The translations under genes and the position numbers were made by a program. A DNA stretch of 64,000 bases from Mobula hypostoma. Taxonomy: Eukaryota. The DNA lies in the NCBI RefSeq assembly GCF_963921235.1, contig NC_086100.1, positions 203,982,001 to 204,046,000 on the forward strand, in the 5' to 3' direction. Positions within the stretch are counted from its first letter, which is position 1. Each line of letters starts with the position of its first letter. The notes beneath the pieces are model-generated. The model worked only from the letters and a program-made list of their open reading frames with translations. It was not told the DNA's origin and searched no databases. Positions 34,801-51,039 of this stretch are shown piece by piece.

Positions 34801-35895
34801 TCATAGTCATAGTCATACTTTATTGATCCCGGGAGAAATTGGTTTTCGTTACAGTTGCACCATAAATAATAAATAGTAATAGAACCATAAATAGTTAAAT
34901 AGTAATATGTAAATTATGCCAGTAAATTATGAAATAAGCCCAGGACCAGCCTATTGGCTCAGGGTGTCTGACCCTCCAAGGGAGGAGTTGTAAAGTTTGA
35001 TGGCCACAGGCAGGAATGACTTCCTATGACGCTCTGTGCTGCATCTCAGTGGAATGAGGCTCTGGCTGAATGTACTCCTGTGCCCGCCCAGTACATTATG
35101 TAGTGGATGGGAGACATTGACCAAGATGGCATGCAACTTAGACAGCATCCTCTTTTCAGACACCGCCGTGAGAGAGTCCAGTTCCATCCCCACAACATCA
35201 CTAGCCTTATGAATGAGTTTGTTGATTCTGTTGGTGTCTGCTACCCTGAGCCTGCTGCCCCAGCACACAACAGCAAACATGATAGCACTGGCCACCACAG
35301 ACTCATAGAACATCCTCAGCATTGTCCGGTAGATGTTAAAGGACCTCAGTCTCCTCAGGAAATAGAGACGGCTCTGACCCTTCTTGTAGACAGCCTCAGT
35401 GTTCTTTGACCAGTTCAGTTTATTGTCAATTCGTATCCCCAGGTATTTGTAATCCTCCATCATGTCCACACTGACCCCCTGGATGGAAACAGGTGTTACT
35501 GGTACCTTAGGTCCCCTCAGGTCTACCACCAGCTCCTTAGTCATTTTCACATTAAGCTGCACACCATTCTGCTCACACCATGTGACAAAGTTTCCTACCA
35601 TAGCCCTGTACTCAACCTCATCTCCCTTGCTGGTGCATCCAACTATGGCAGTGTCACCCGAAAACTTCTGAAGTTGACAAGACTTTGTGCAGTAGTTGAA
35701 GTCCAAGGTGTAAATGGTGAAGAGAAAGAGAGACAAGACAGTCCCCTGTGGAGCCCCAGTGCTGCTGATGGCTCTGTCGGACACACAATGTTGCAAGCAC
35801 ACGTTCTGTGGTCTGCCAGTCAGGCAATCAAGAATCCATGATACCAGGGAAGCATCCACCTACATCGCTGTCAGCTTCTCCTCCAGCAGTTTGCA
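34801..35895 (-). mobile_element. Rex1/Babar LINE 3' part (302-aa open RT/C-terminal fragment)
   Basis: ORF 34951-35859: STGAPQGTVLS, LQKFSGDTAIVG, YKYLG, RLYFLRRLRSF, SFLPVAIKLYN; AATAAAG(TATGAC)n tail. Confidence 0.88.
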
Positions 35896-38103
35896 TAGTT
35901 AAGAGTCTGTCAAAAGACTCTATGGTATCCGCCTCTACCATCATCGCTGGCAGTGTATTCCATGCACCTACTATTCTCTATGTGAAAAACCTACCTCTGA
36001 CATCCCCTTTGACCCTACTTCCAAGCCCCTTAAAACTATGCCCCTCGTGTTTGCCAATTCAGCCCTCAGAAAAAGCCTCTGGCTATCCACACGATCAATA
36101 CCTTTCATCATCTTATACACATCTATCAGGTCACCTCTCATCTTCAGTCGCTCCAAAGATCACTCAACCTATTGTCATAAGGCATGTTCTCCAATCCATG
36201 CAACATCTTTGTAAGTCTCCTCTGCACTCTTTCTATAGTATCCACATCCTTCCTGTAATGAGGTAACTGAATACTCTAAGTGGGGTATAGATAAGGCCTT
36301 ATATAGCTGTAACATTACCTCACCACTCTTGAACTCAGTTCCATGGTTGTTGAAGGCCTTTTTAACAACAATGTCAATCAGCGCTGCAGCTTTGAGTGTA
36401 AAATTGACATGGACCCCAAGATCTCACTCATCCTGCACACTGCCAAGAGTCCTAACAGAATATTGTGTTCTGTCTTCAAATCTGATGTTCCGAAATAAAC
36501 CACAGCACACTTATCTGGGTTGAACTCCATCTGCCAGTTCTTCATCCTATTGATGTCCTGCTGTAACCTCTGGACAACTGTCCAGACTATTCACAACACC
36601 CCCAACTTTTGTGTCATCAGCAAACTTACTAACCACCCCCCCCCACTTCCTCATCAAGATCATTTAAAAAATCACGAAGAGAAGGAGTCTCAGAACACAC
36701 CGCCGCAGAACCTCACTTGAGGAATCTTATCAAAAGTCTTACTGAAAGCCATGTACACTACATCCAGTGCTCTACCTTCATCAGTGTGTTTTGTTACATC
36801 TTCAAAGAATTCAATCAGGTTCATAAGGCACAATCTGCCCTGGACAGAGTCATGCTAACTATCCCACATCAGATTATGCTTCTCCAAATGCTCATAAATA
36901 CTGCATCTTATGAGCTTCTCCAACAACTCGCCCTCCACTGAAGTAAGAACCACTGGTCTGTAATTTCCTGAATTATCTCTACTCCCTCTCTTGAAAAGGG
37001 AGCAATGTCTTCTAATCCTCTGGTACGTTTCCTCTCCCTATTGATGTGCAAAGATCATCGCCAGAGGCTCAGCAATTTCCTCCCTCACTTCCCACAGTAG
37101 CCTAGGATATATCTCCAGTTGAGTACCCCCAAATTGAGTTGAAATTGTAAAATTGTGATGCCAAAGCTCACATTGAGAGGAGATCATGCAGAAACATGTA
37201 AAATTAAATGGCAGAGCAGGCTCGACGGGCCAGATGGCCGACTCCTGCTCCTATTTCTTATGTTCTTATGTTCTCACCACAGACTAAAATCTCTCCTGAA
37301 ATATTGTCCTTCACCCATTGATGTCTTTTGCAAATATTTTCACAGGTTTGAAATGGCAGAACACTTGTGTACGAGAATCTCAAACTCAAAAACACATCAG
37401 TTTTGCTGACGTGACTCTGTCAGGATATTTAAAAAGTGACCAGATATTTTCTTGCAACACCAACACATCTGCTGTCGACCCTTGGAGATGAAGAAGTATC
37501 TCATTCCAGCTGGTGATGTATTCTGTCTCTGAAATGAAGCTTTCTGTTTTAACTCTGTGAAACTCACTGGAACTGGGAGCTGAGAACACACCAGCATTTG
37601 TTCACTGGAGATCAGTTCTTCAACTGCATTGACTGTATAAGGGATTCAAACGTCTGACTTTCTAAATTGCCAGAAAATTGATTGCAGTGAGATATCATTC
37701 TCCTTCTCTCAGTGTGGGAAGAAATTCACTCACAGGCTACCCACAGACACACCAGTGAGTTCACCGTGGGGAGAGGCCATTCACCCGCTCTGTGTGAGGG
37801 AGGGGAACCACTCAGTCATCCAGTCTGAAGATACCTTAGAAAGTTCACAGCATAGAGAGATGCTCCACCTGTTCTGCAAGCGGGAAGCCATTCTGTTATT
37901 GATGCTAAAGATATATCAGAAAATTCACCAGTGAGAGGACATCGACCTGCTCGGATGGTGGGAAGCCATTCATGCACTCAACCACACCACAGTGACACCA
38001 GCGAGTTCACACCGGGAAGAAGCCATTCACCTTCTCTGAATGTGGGAAAGGGTTCTCTCAATCATCTCATCTGAATGAACATCAGCGAGTCCACACTGAA
38101 AAG

Positions 38104-42192
<4,089 letters not shown>

Positions 42193-42193
42193 T

Positions 42194-42530
42194 TTGAATG
42201 AACATCAGTGTGTAAACACTGGGGAGAAACTGTACAACTGCTCAGACTGCGGGAAGGAATTCACTCAGTCATCGCAACTGAATGAACATCACGAGTGTGC
42301 ACTGAGTAGAAACCCTGTTCTTCTCTTCCGACTGGGAATGAATTCACACTTACATCTCGCCTGCCTGCACACCAGACTGTTTTCGGCAGTGAGAGGACGT
42401 TGACCTGCTCAGACTGTGGGAAGGCATTCACACACTTATCCACACTGCAGAGACAGTGGTGCGTTCAAACTGTGGTGAGGGAGGTGATGTGCTCTGAATG
42501 TGGGATGGGTTTCAATCAGTCATTCATCCT
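42194..42530 (+). pseudogene. Remnant zinc fingers (continuation of the array after the CR1)
   Basis: LNEHQCVNTGEKLYNCSDCGKEFTQSSQLNEH and LTCSDCGKAFTHLSTLQR remnants. Confidence 0.8.
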
Positions 42531-42599
42531 TGTGTCACCCTACTGAGCTTTGACCCATCGCTAAGCGGAGAGATCAGAAGCTTGAGAGGACGGAATTCA

Positions 42600-43910
42600 C
42601 TCAGGTTCGCCAGTCGAGTATTAAAGGCAGTGGTTCAGGGCAGGTTATTTTTGAGCTTTCAGCAGTGGCCAATCAGCATTCAGGATGGACTATCAAAAAT
42701 ATATTAATGTTAAGCAGGAGCAAGTGGCGCGGTCATTGTTGGGGTGGACAGAGTTGGAGCGGAGACGTTGAGACTTTACCTCTTTGAGGTTTCAGTGAGG
42801 AGAGAATTCAGTCAGAGAAGGCAAAATCATCATGGAGCTAGAATTTTTATCTGAACTTTTGCTTAGTTAGAACAGTGGAGATGCCAGGCAGGAGAGTGGA
42901 AAGGCAAACAACAGGAATTCTGCAGATGCTGGAAATTCAAGCAACACACATCAAAGTTGCTGGTGAACGCAGCAGGCCAGGCAGCATCTCTAGGAAGAGG
43001 TGCAGTCGACGTTTCAGGCCGAGACCCTTCGTCAGGGTCTCGGCCTGAAACGTCGACTGCACCTCTTCCTAGAGATGCTGCCTGGCCTGCTGCGTTCACC
43101 AGCAACTTTGATGTGTGTTGTTAGGAGAGTGGAAAGCTTCTCCTGCGGGATGTGGGAATGCAGAGGACCCTCCTGTGTCCTTGTTAACTGCAGCTGTGAG
43201 AAGGGCATCCAGCTTCAGATCTGAACAATCCACATTAACGAGATGGAGCTGGATCTGCATGAACTCCAGATCATTTCGGAGGCTGCAGGGTTGATAGGTA
43301 GGACATATAGAGAGGCAGTTGCAACCAAGGTGCATGGCACAGGAAACTGTATGACAGTCAGGAAGGGGAAAGCGGGAAACTGTGAGTGCAGTGTACCCCT
43401 GTGTCCATCCCCCTGAACAACACATATATCACTTTAGGTACTGTTGGGGACGGTGGGATGACCCAGGAACGGAAAGTCACAGCAGTAGGGTCTCTGGCGC
43501 TTAGTCTGGCTCTGAGACTGAGAAGGGAAGGGTAGGAAGAGGCGAGCTGTGGTCGTAAGTGATTCGTTAGTTAAAGGAACTGAATGGATCTTCTGTGGGT
43601 GGGAATGAGATTCCAAGATGGTATGTTGCCTCCTGTGTGCCGGGGTTTGGGACATTTCGGGTCGAGCGCACGGCATTCCTCAGGAGAGTGAACAGTGAAA
43701 GTCGTGGTCCATCTGGGTACCAATGATATGGGCTGGTAGAGTAACGAGGTTCTGCAAACGGAGTGAGGTGCTAAGTTAAAGAGCAGCTCGTCCACGGCTG
43801 TGATCTCAGGTCTGTCATCTGTGCCACGTGTAAGGACGAGGAAGAATATACAGTTTAACATGTGGCTAAGTAGTTGGTGCAGGAGAGAGGGCATAAGATT
43901 TTTGGATCAT
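42600..43910 (+). mobile_element. Decayed CR1 5'UTR + ORF1
   Basis: SCGMWE..CEKGIQL, VVSDSLVKG, MVCCL, HLGTND, RFLDH remnants. Confidence 0.7.
42904..43122. mobile_element. Fold-back Penelope pLTR insertion, perfect 87-bp inverted repeat, 14-bp TSD
   Basis: Arms 42942-43028 and 43034-43120, 5-nt loop TCGTC; TSD AGGAGAGTGGAAAG at 42890-42903 and 43123-43136. Confidence 0.92.
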
Positions 43911-44517
43911 TAGAACCCTCAAGGATTGCTGTATGCACAGGAGTATGAGTGTGTTGGGGGAGGGGGACATCGTTGATGGAGGGTGAAGTGGGCAGGCAGG
44001 TCTCTCTCACACACAAACTCATGCAGTGGAGTATGAGGGTGGGCAGTGAGAAGGGAAAAGGAAAATGAGGAGGATGGTGTTAGGGCTCCTTCACAAAGCC
44101 CCAGACTCACCCAACACTCCCCTTCTGAAATTGGTACCATTCGCTAGCCTAGTTTGGGGGTGAGCATTGAGCTGCTTTGCCAACAAGAACATTAATTGTT
44201 CAGTGCAGCTAGTTAACACACTTTGATAATAAATCTACGTTGAACTTGAATATTGAAGTGTATTGTTTGAGAAACATGTACTGAAGAGAAGTGGTCTCAG
44301 TGAAGGTCTGAGAGTGGAAAACGAACCGATGTTCAGCCCCACTGCTCCGTGCCAGACAAGAACCCCTGTCTGAGTGTGTCCCATCTCTCTGTGCTTGACA
44401 CGTCTCACTCTAAAGTTTCCTCTTTCTGTACCATTTACAGTGTCTTTTATTTTCCTTTTCAACCGCATTCTCCTGCCTTCTCCCCAAAGCTTTTGATGTC
44501 TTTTCTAATCAATCACC

Positions 44518-47270
44518 GATCAATATTCAGGAGGGATAGAACTGAAGGAAGGGGAGGTGGGGTGGCGTTGCTGGTTAAAGAAGAGGTTAACGCAATAGAA
44601 AGGAAGGACATAAGCCGGGAAGATGTGGAATCGATATGGGTAGAGCTGCGTAACACTAAGGGGCAGAAGACGCTGGTGGGAGTTGTGTACAGGCCACCTA
44701 ACTGTAGTAGTGAGGTCGGAGATGGTATTAAACAGGAAATTAGAAATGTGTGCAATAAAGGAACAGCAGTTATAACGGGTGACTTCAATCTACATGTAGA
44801 TTGGGTGAACCAAATTGGTAAAGGTGCTGAGGAAGAGGATTTCTTGGAATGTATGAGGGACGGTTTTTTGAACCAACATGTCGAGGAACCAACTAGAGAG
44901 CAGGGTATTCTAAACTGGGTATTGAGCAATGAGGAAGGGTTAATTAGCAATCTTGTCGTGAGAGGCCCCTTGGGTAAGAGTGACCATAATATGGTGGAAT
45001 TCTTCATTAAGATGGAGAGTGACATAGTTAATTCAGAAACAATGGTTCTGAACTTAAAGAGGGGTAACTTTGAAGGTATGAGACGTGAATTAGCTAAGAT
45101 AGACTGGCAAATGACACTTAAAGGATTGATGGTAGATATGCAATGGCAAGCATTTAAAGGTTGCATGGATGAACTACAACAATTGTTCATCCCAGTTTGG
45201 CAAAAGAATAAATCAAGGAAGGTAGTGCACCCGTGGCTGACAAGGGAAATTAGGGATAGTATCAATTCCAAAGAAGAAGCATACAAATTAGCCAGAGAAA
45301 GTGGCTCACCTGAGGACTGGGAGAAATTCAGAGTTCAGCAGAGGAGGACAAAGGGCTTAATTAGGAAGGGGGAAAAAAGATTATGAGAGAAAACTGGCGG
45401 GGAACATAAAAACTGACTGTAAAAGCTTTTATAGATATGTAAAAAGGAAAAGACTGGTAAAGACATATGTAGGTCCCCTGCAGACAGAAACAGGTGAATT
45501 GATTATGGGGAGCAAGGACATGGCAGACCAATTGAATAATTACTTTGGTTCTGTCTTCACTAAGGAGGACATAAATAATCTTCCAGAAATAATAGGGGAC
45601 AGAGGGTCCAGTGAGATGGAGGAACTGAGCGAAATACATGTCAGTAGGGAAGTGGTGTTAGGTAAATTGAAGGGATTGAAGGCAGATAAATCCCCAGGGC
45701 CAGATGGTCTGCATCCTAGAGTGCTTAAGGAAGTAGCCCAAGAAATAGTGGATGCATTAGTGATAATTTTTCAAAACTCGTTAGATTCTGGACTACTTCC
45801 TGAGGATTGGAGGGTGGCTAATGTAACGCACTTTTTTAAAAAAGGAGGGAGAGAGAAACCGGGGAATTATAGACCGGTTAGCCTAACGTCGGTGGTGGGG
45901 AAACTGCTGGAGTCAGTTATCAAAGATGTGATAACAGCACATTTGGAAAGCGGTGAAATCATCGAACAAAGTCAGCATGGATTTGTGAAAGGAAAATCAT
46001 GCCTGACGAATCTCATAGAATTTTTTGAGGATGTAACTAGTAGAGTGGATAGGGGAGAACCAGTGGATGTGGTATATTTGGATTTTCAAAAGGTTTTTGA
46101 CAAGGTCCCACACAGGAGACTAGTGTGCAAACTTAAAGCACACGGTATTGGGGGTAGGGTATTGATGTGGATGGAGAATTGGTTAGCAGACAGGAAGCAA
46201 AGAGTGGGAATAAACGGGACCTTTTCAGAATGGCAGGCAGTGACTAGTGGGGTACCGCAAGGCTCAGTGCTGGGACCTCAGTTGTTTACAATATATATTA
46301 ATGACTTGGATGAGGGAATTAAATGCAGTATCTCCAAGTTTGCGGATGACACGAAGCTGGGTGGCAGTGTTAGCAGTGAGGAGGATGCTAAGAGGATGCA
46401 GAGTGACTTGGATAGGTTGGGTGAGTGGGCAGATTCATGGCAGATGCAATTTAATGTGGATAAATGTGAAGTTATCCACTTTGGTGGCAAAAATAGGAAA
46501 ACAGATTATTATCTGAATGGTGGCCGATTAGGAAAAGGGGAGGCGCAACGAGACCTGGGTGTCATTATACACCAGTCATTGAAAGTGGGCATGCAGGTAC
46601 AGCAGGTGGTGAAAAAGGAGAATGGTATGCTGGCATTTATAGCGAGAGGATTCGAGTACAGGAGCAGGGAGGTACTACTGCAGTTGTACAAGGCCTTGGT
46701 GAGACCACACCTGGAGTATTATGTGCAGTTTTGGTCCCCTAATCTGAGGAAAGACATCCTTGCCATAGAGGGAGTACAAAGAAGGTTCACCAGATTGATT
46801 CCTGGGATGGCAGGACTTTCATATGAAGAAAGACTGGATGAACTGGGCTTGTACTCGTTGGAATTTAGAAGATTGAGGGAGGATCTGATAGAAACGTATA
46901 AAATCCTAAAGGGATTGGACGGGCTAGATGCAGGAAGATTGTTCCCGATGTTGGGGAAGTCCAGAACAAGGGGTCACAGTTTGCGGATAAAGGGGAAGCC
47001 TTTTAGGACTGAGATTACGAAAAACTTCTTCACACAGAGAGTGGTGAATCTGTGGAATTCTCTGCCACAGGAAACAGTTGAGGCCAGATCACTGGCTATA
47101 TTTAAGAGGGAGTTAGATATGGCCCTTGTGGCTACGGGGATCAGGGGGTATGGAGGGAAGGCTGGGGCGGGGTTCTGAGTTGGATGATCAGCCATGATCA
47201 TAATAAATGGCGGTGCAGGCTCAAAGGGCCGAATGGCCTACTCCAGCTATTTTCTATGTTTCTCTGTTTC
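44518..47270 (+). mobile_element. Young 5'-truncated CR1 ORF2 (one frameshift near 45370)
   Basis: ORFs 44349-45386 (APE) and 45499-47178 (RT to natural stop); (TTTCTATG) tail. Confidence 0.95.
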
Positions 47271-48389
47271 TAACCTCTGTTTTAAATAAACCTGATGACT
47301 TGGCTTCTGAGCCCTCTGTGGCAATGAATTCCACAGGTCCTTCATTTCTCTAAATGTATGCTCTGTGGTATTAGACATTTTGACTCGGAAGGTTAAAACT
47401 GGCAGCTATATACTCTATCTATATCTCTCCTAATCTGATCAAGGTCTATCAGCTCACCCTGAGCCTCCTCCACTGCAGAGAAAACAGCCCGAGTTTGTCC
47501 GAGCTCTCCTTACACAGTAGCTCGTGCCTTTAATCCAGACAACAGCCTTTTCACTTTGTCTTCTTACCAACAATTAACTCAGAGTGTAACAATCATAAGA
47601 GCGTTTGTTTTTACTTGCAGCAAGGGAAGACTTGCACTGCACAAGAGCTGGTATTAGCTGTTGTCCAAAAAAATACAAGCCAGTACACCTACTCCTTCAG
47701 ACACAAGTCAAAGAACAGGGTGCATACTTTTTTTTGCTGAATCAGCTTATTTGGCATTTTTCCAGTAACACAGCTGCGGGTCTGCGGTCAAGTGCACAGG
47801 TAACATCAGCATCATGTTGTACGATAATTATTAGCAAAATACTCTGATACAATACAGGTTCCAGCTTGTTGCAGACAAAAACACCATTTTGGTATCACAA
47901 GTGAAGTACATTTCCACAGTGGTGGAGAAGAATTCTTACACTCCTTGCCCTCTGTGAAAAGCCTTCCAAACCGACACCTCTCCCCATTTCTGTTAACACC
48001 CCCGATCCTTGTAGCCGTCACCATCTGTGAAAACACTTCTAACCCTACACCCATCACCATTGTATAAACCGGCCTGACCCCTACACCACTCTCCATCCCT
48101 GTCAAACCCTCCACCATCCATCCAGGCGCATTCAGGTGACCTGAGAAAGACACCAACCGGGGCAGGTGGCATGACTCACAGAACACATTCACACTAGCTG
48201 ACATTTAAAAAAAAACAACTACCGATTTGCATGGTGATCTTCACTAAACCCCTTCCTGCCTTTACGGTGCCCCCGCTTTCCACAACGATTCCATTCATCC
48301 CTTCCTGCTGATCTTCCTTGAACATATCATAGCAAGCGAGGGAAGTTCTACACTTTCCTATTTGCTTACCTCCCATAGCCCCTTCTTGA

Positions 48390-49065
48390 TCACAAACAGT
48401 CCTTCCAGATGAGGCAACACTTCACTTGAGGGTCTGTCAGGTTGATCTACTGTATCTGATGCTCCCAGTGCAGTCGCCTGTACATCAATGAGACCCAATG
48501 TAGATCGGGAGTCCACTTTGTCAAGTACATTCGGTCTGTTCCACTTGTAAGCAAAAGCGCCAGGAGGGAGATCAACGTGGAGGGATTGATGGAGAAGGGA
48601 GTCGCGTCAGGTGCGATCCCTGCGGAAAGCAGAAGATAAGGGGGTGGGTGGAGGGAATAATGTGTTCGGCAGTAGAATCCCGTTGGAGGTAGCGGAGGTT
48701 TCGGACAAGAGGAACCCTATCCTTGGTATGTTAGATGGAATACTGGGTAAGAGCAGACGTGCGTGAAATGGAAATATGCGGTTGGAGGCTGCGTTGATAG
48801 TGGAGGATGGGAAGCCCCTGTCTTTGCTAAAGAAGGAGATCTCCTTCGTTCTAGAATTGAAAGCCTCATCCTGAGAGCAGATGCTGTGCACACGGATTAA
48901 TTGAGTGAACGGGATGGCGTGTTTTCAAGCAGCAGGGTGGGACGAGGTTTCATCTAGGTAGCTGCTAGAGTCCGTGGGTTTGCAATGGACATAGGTGGAT
49001 CAGCTGTCTCTGGAGACAGGGACAGTCAGATCGAGAAAGTGAAGGGAAATGTCGGAAATGGACTT
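48390..49065. mobile_element. Rearranged Penelope fragments (GIY-YIG piece on +, RT C-terminal piece on -)
   Basis: 48390-48545 resembles 32350-32505; minus ORF ICSQDEAFNSRTKE..GFPSSTINAA. Confidence 0.75.
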
Positions 49066-51010
49066 CTAAGCGGAGTTTTGCATCTTATCGATGTCCCCCT
49101 GTAAGCTCTGACAGCCCTCCACACTATCCACTACACCCGAAACGTTTCTTTCATCAGCAAATTCACTGACCCATCCCTCATCTTCCTCATTCATGTCATT
49201 GATCAACGTCACAAAGAGAAGTGGTCCCAGAACAGATCCCTGAGGCACACTCCTGGTCACTGATCTCCATGCAGAATATGACCCACCTACAACTACTCGT
49301 TGCTTCCTGTGGGCAAGCCAGTTCTGGATCTGCACAGCCAAGCCCCTTGGATCTCATGCCTACTTCCTTTCTCAATAAGACTTACATAGGGTACCTTATG
49401 AAATGCCTTGCTGAAATCCATATACAGAACATCTACTGCTCTACATTGATCAATGTGTTTCATCACATCCTCAAACAATTCAATCTGGCTCGTAAGGCAA
49501 AACCATGCGAAGTCTTTCTAATCATATTATGCCACTCAGGATCATCTCCATCAACGTACCAACCACGGAAGTAAGACTCAGTGCTTTATAATTTCCTGGG
49601 CTATCTCTACTCCCTTTCTTGAATAGGCGAACAACATCTCCAACCCTCTAATCCTCGGGAACCTCTCTCGTCCCCATTTATGATGCAAATATCATCGCCA
49701 GACGCTCAGTAATCTCCTCCCTCACCTCCCACAGTAGCCTGGGGTATATCTTGTCTGGATCCAGTGACCTATCCAACTTGATGCTTTCCAGCACATCCTC
49801 TTTCTTAATGTCTATATTCTCAAGCTTTTCAGTGCTGTAAGTCATCCCTACAATTACTACAATACTTTTCCATAGTGGAGAGAAGGAAGATGAGAGGAGA
49901 CATGATAGAGGTGTACAAGATAATAAGAGGAATAGATAGAGTGGATAGCCAGCGCCTCTTCCCCAGGGCACCACTGCTCAATACAAGAGGACATGGCTTT
50001 AAGGTAAGGGGTGGGAAGTTCAAGGGGGATATTGGAGGAAGGTTTTTTACTCAGAGAGTCGTTGGTGCGTGGAAAGCACTGCCTGAGTCAGTGGTGGAGG
50101 CAGATACACTAGTGAAGTTTAAGAGACTACTAGACAGGTATATGGAGGAATTTAAGGTGGGGGCTTATATGGGAGGCAGGGTTTGAGGGACGGCACAACA
50201 TTGTGGGCCGAAGGACCTGTACTGTGCTGTACTATTCTATGTTCTATGAATACTGAAGCAAAATATTCAATAAATACGTCCGCTATCTCTTTTGTTCCAT
50301 ACACCTTTTTCCACTGTCACTCTTCATTGGTCCTCTTCTCTCATATCTTGCTCTTCAAATACTTGTAGAATGCCTTGGGGTTTTCCTTAATCCTGCTCTC
50401 CAAGGCCTTCTCATAGCCTCGTAAGGCTCTCCTAATTTCATTCTTAATCTCCTTCCTGCTAGCCTTATAATTTTGTCGATCTCTAGCATTACCTAGTTTT
50501 TTGAACCCTTCGTAAGCTTTTCGTTTCTTCCTGACTAGATTTTAGACAGCCTTTGTGCACCATGATTCCTATTCCCTACCAGCCTTTCCCTGTCTCATTG
50601 GAACGCACTTATGCAGAACGCCACGCAAATATCGCCATAGAACCTCTGTTCCCAATTTATGCTTCCAAGTTCCTGCCAGATAGCTTCATATTTCCGCTCA
50701 TACCAATTACACGCTTTCTTAACTTGTCTGTTCCTATCCCTCCTCAATGATATGGTAAAGGAGATAGAATTTGGATTACTATCTCCAAAATGCTCTCTCA
50801 CTGAGAGACCTGACACCTGACCAGGTACATTTCCCAATACCAGATCAAATACAGTCTCTTCTCTTGTAGGCTTATCTACATATTGTGTCAGGAAACATTC
50901 CTGAACGCATGTAACAAACTCCACTACATTTAAATCCTTTGCTCTAGGGAGATGCCAATCAATATTGGGGAAATTAAGAACCTTCCATCACGACAACCCT
51001 ACTATATTGC
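49066..51010 (-). mobile_element. Old CR1 ORF2 fragment, split by a younger CR1
   Basis: Minus ORFs VPQGSVLGP, YMDFSKAF, FLTQYVDKPTRE; the target CCATAGTG|AATACTG is split by the 49876-50247 insertion. Confidence 0.8.
49876..50247 (+). mobile_element. CR1 3' end (family of 6754-9208 and 10366-14669)
   Basis: MRGDMIEVYKIIRGIDRVDSQRLFPRAP...; same 3' stem-loop and TTCTATG tail. Confidence 0.9.
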
Positions 51011-51039
51011 ACCCCTGTTATTATTGTTTTGTATGAATT

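Larger units (their letters stand above)
34197..37120 (-). mobile_element. Old CR1 LINE interrupted by nested Penelope and Rex insertions
   Basis: Tail (TTTCTATG) at ~34197-34215; CR1 ORF2 resumes at ~35895 (RGDLIDVYK..GIDRVD). Confidence 0.65.

Noticed and set aside
44513..45286. Long antisense ORFs over LINE ORF2 (also 7312-7833, 12521-12883 and others)
   Set aside because: Shadow frames of CR1 coding sequence with no independent motifs.
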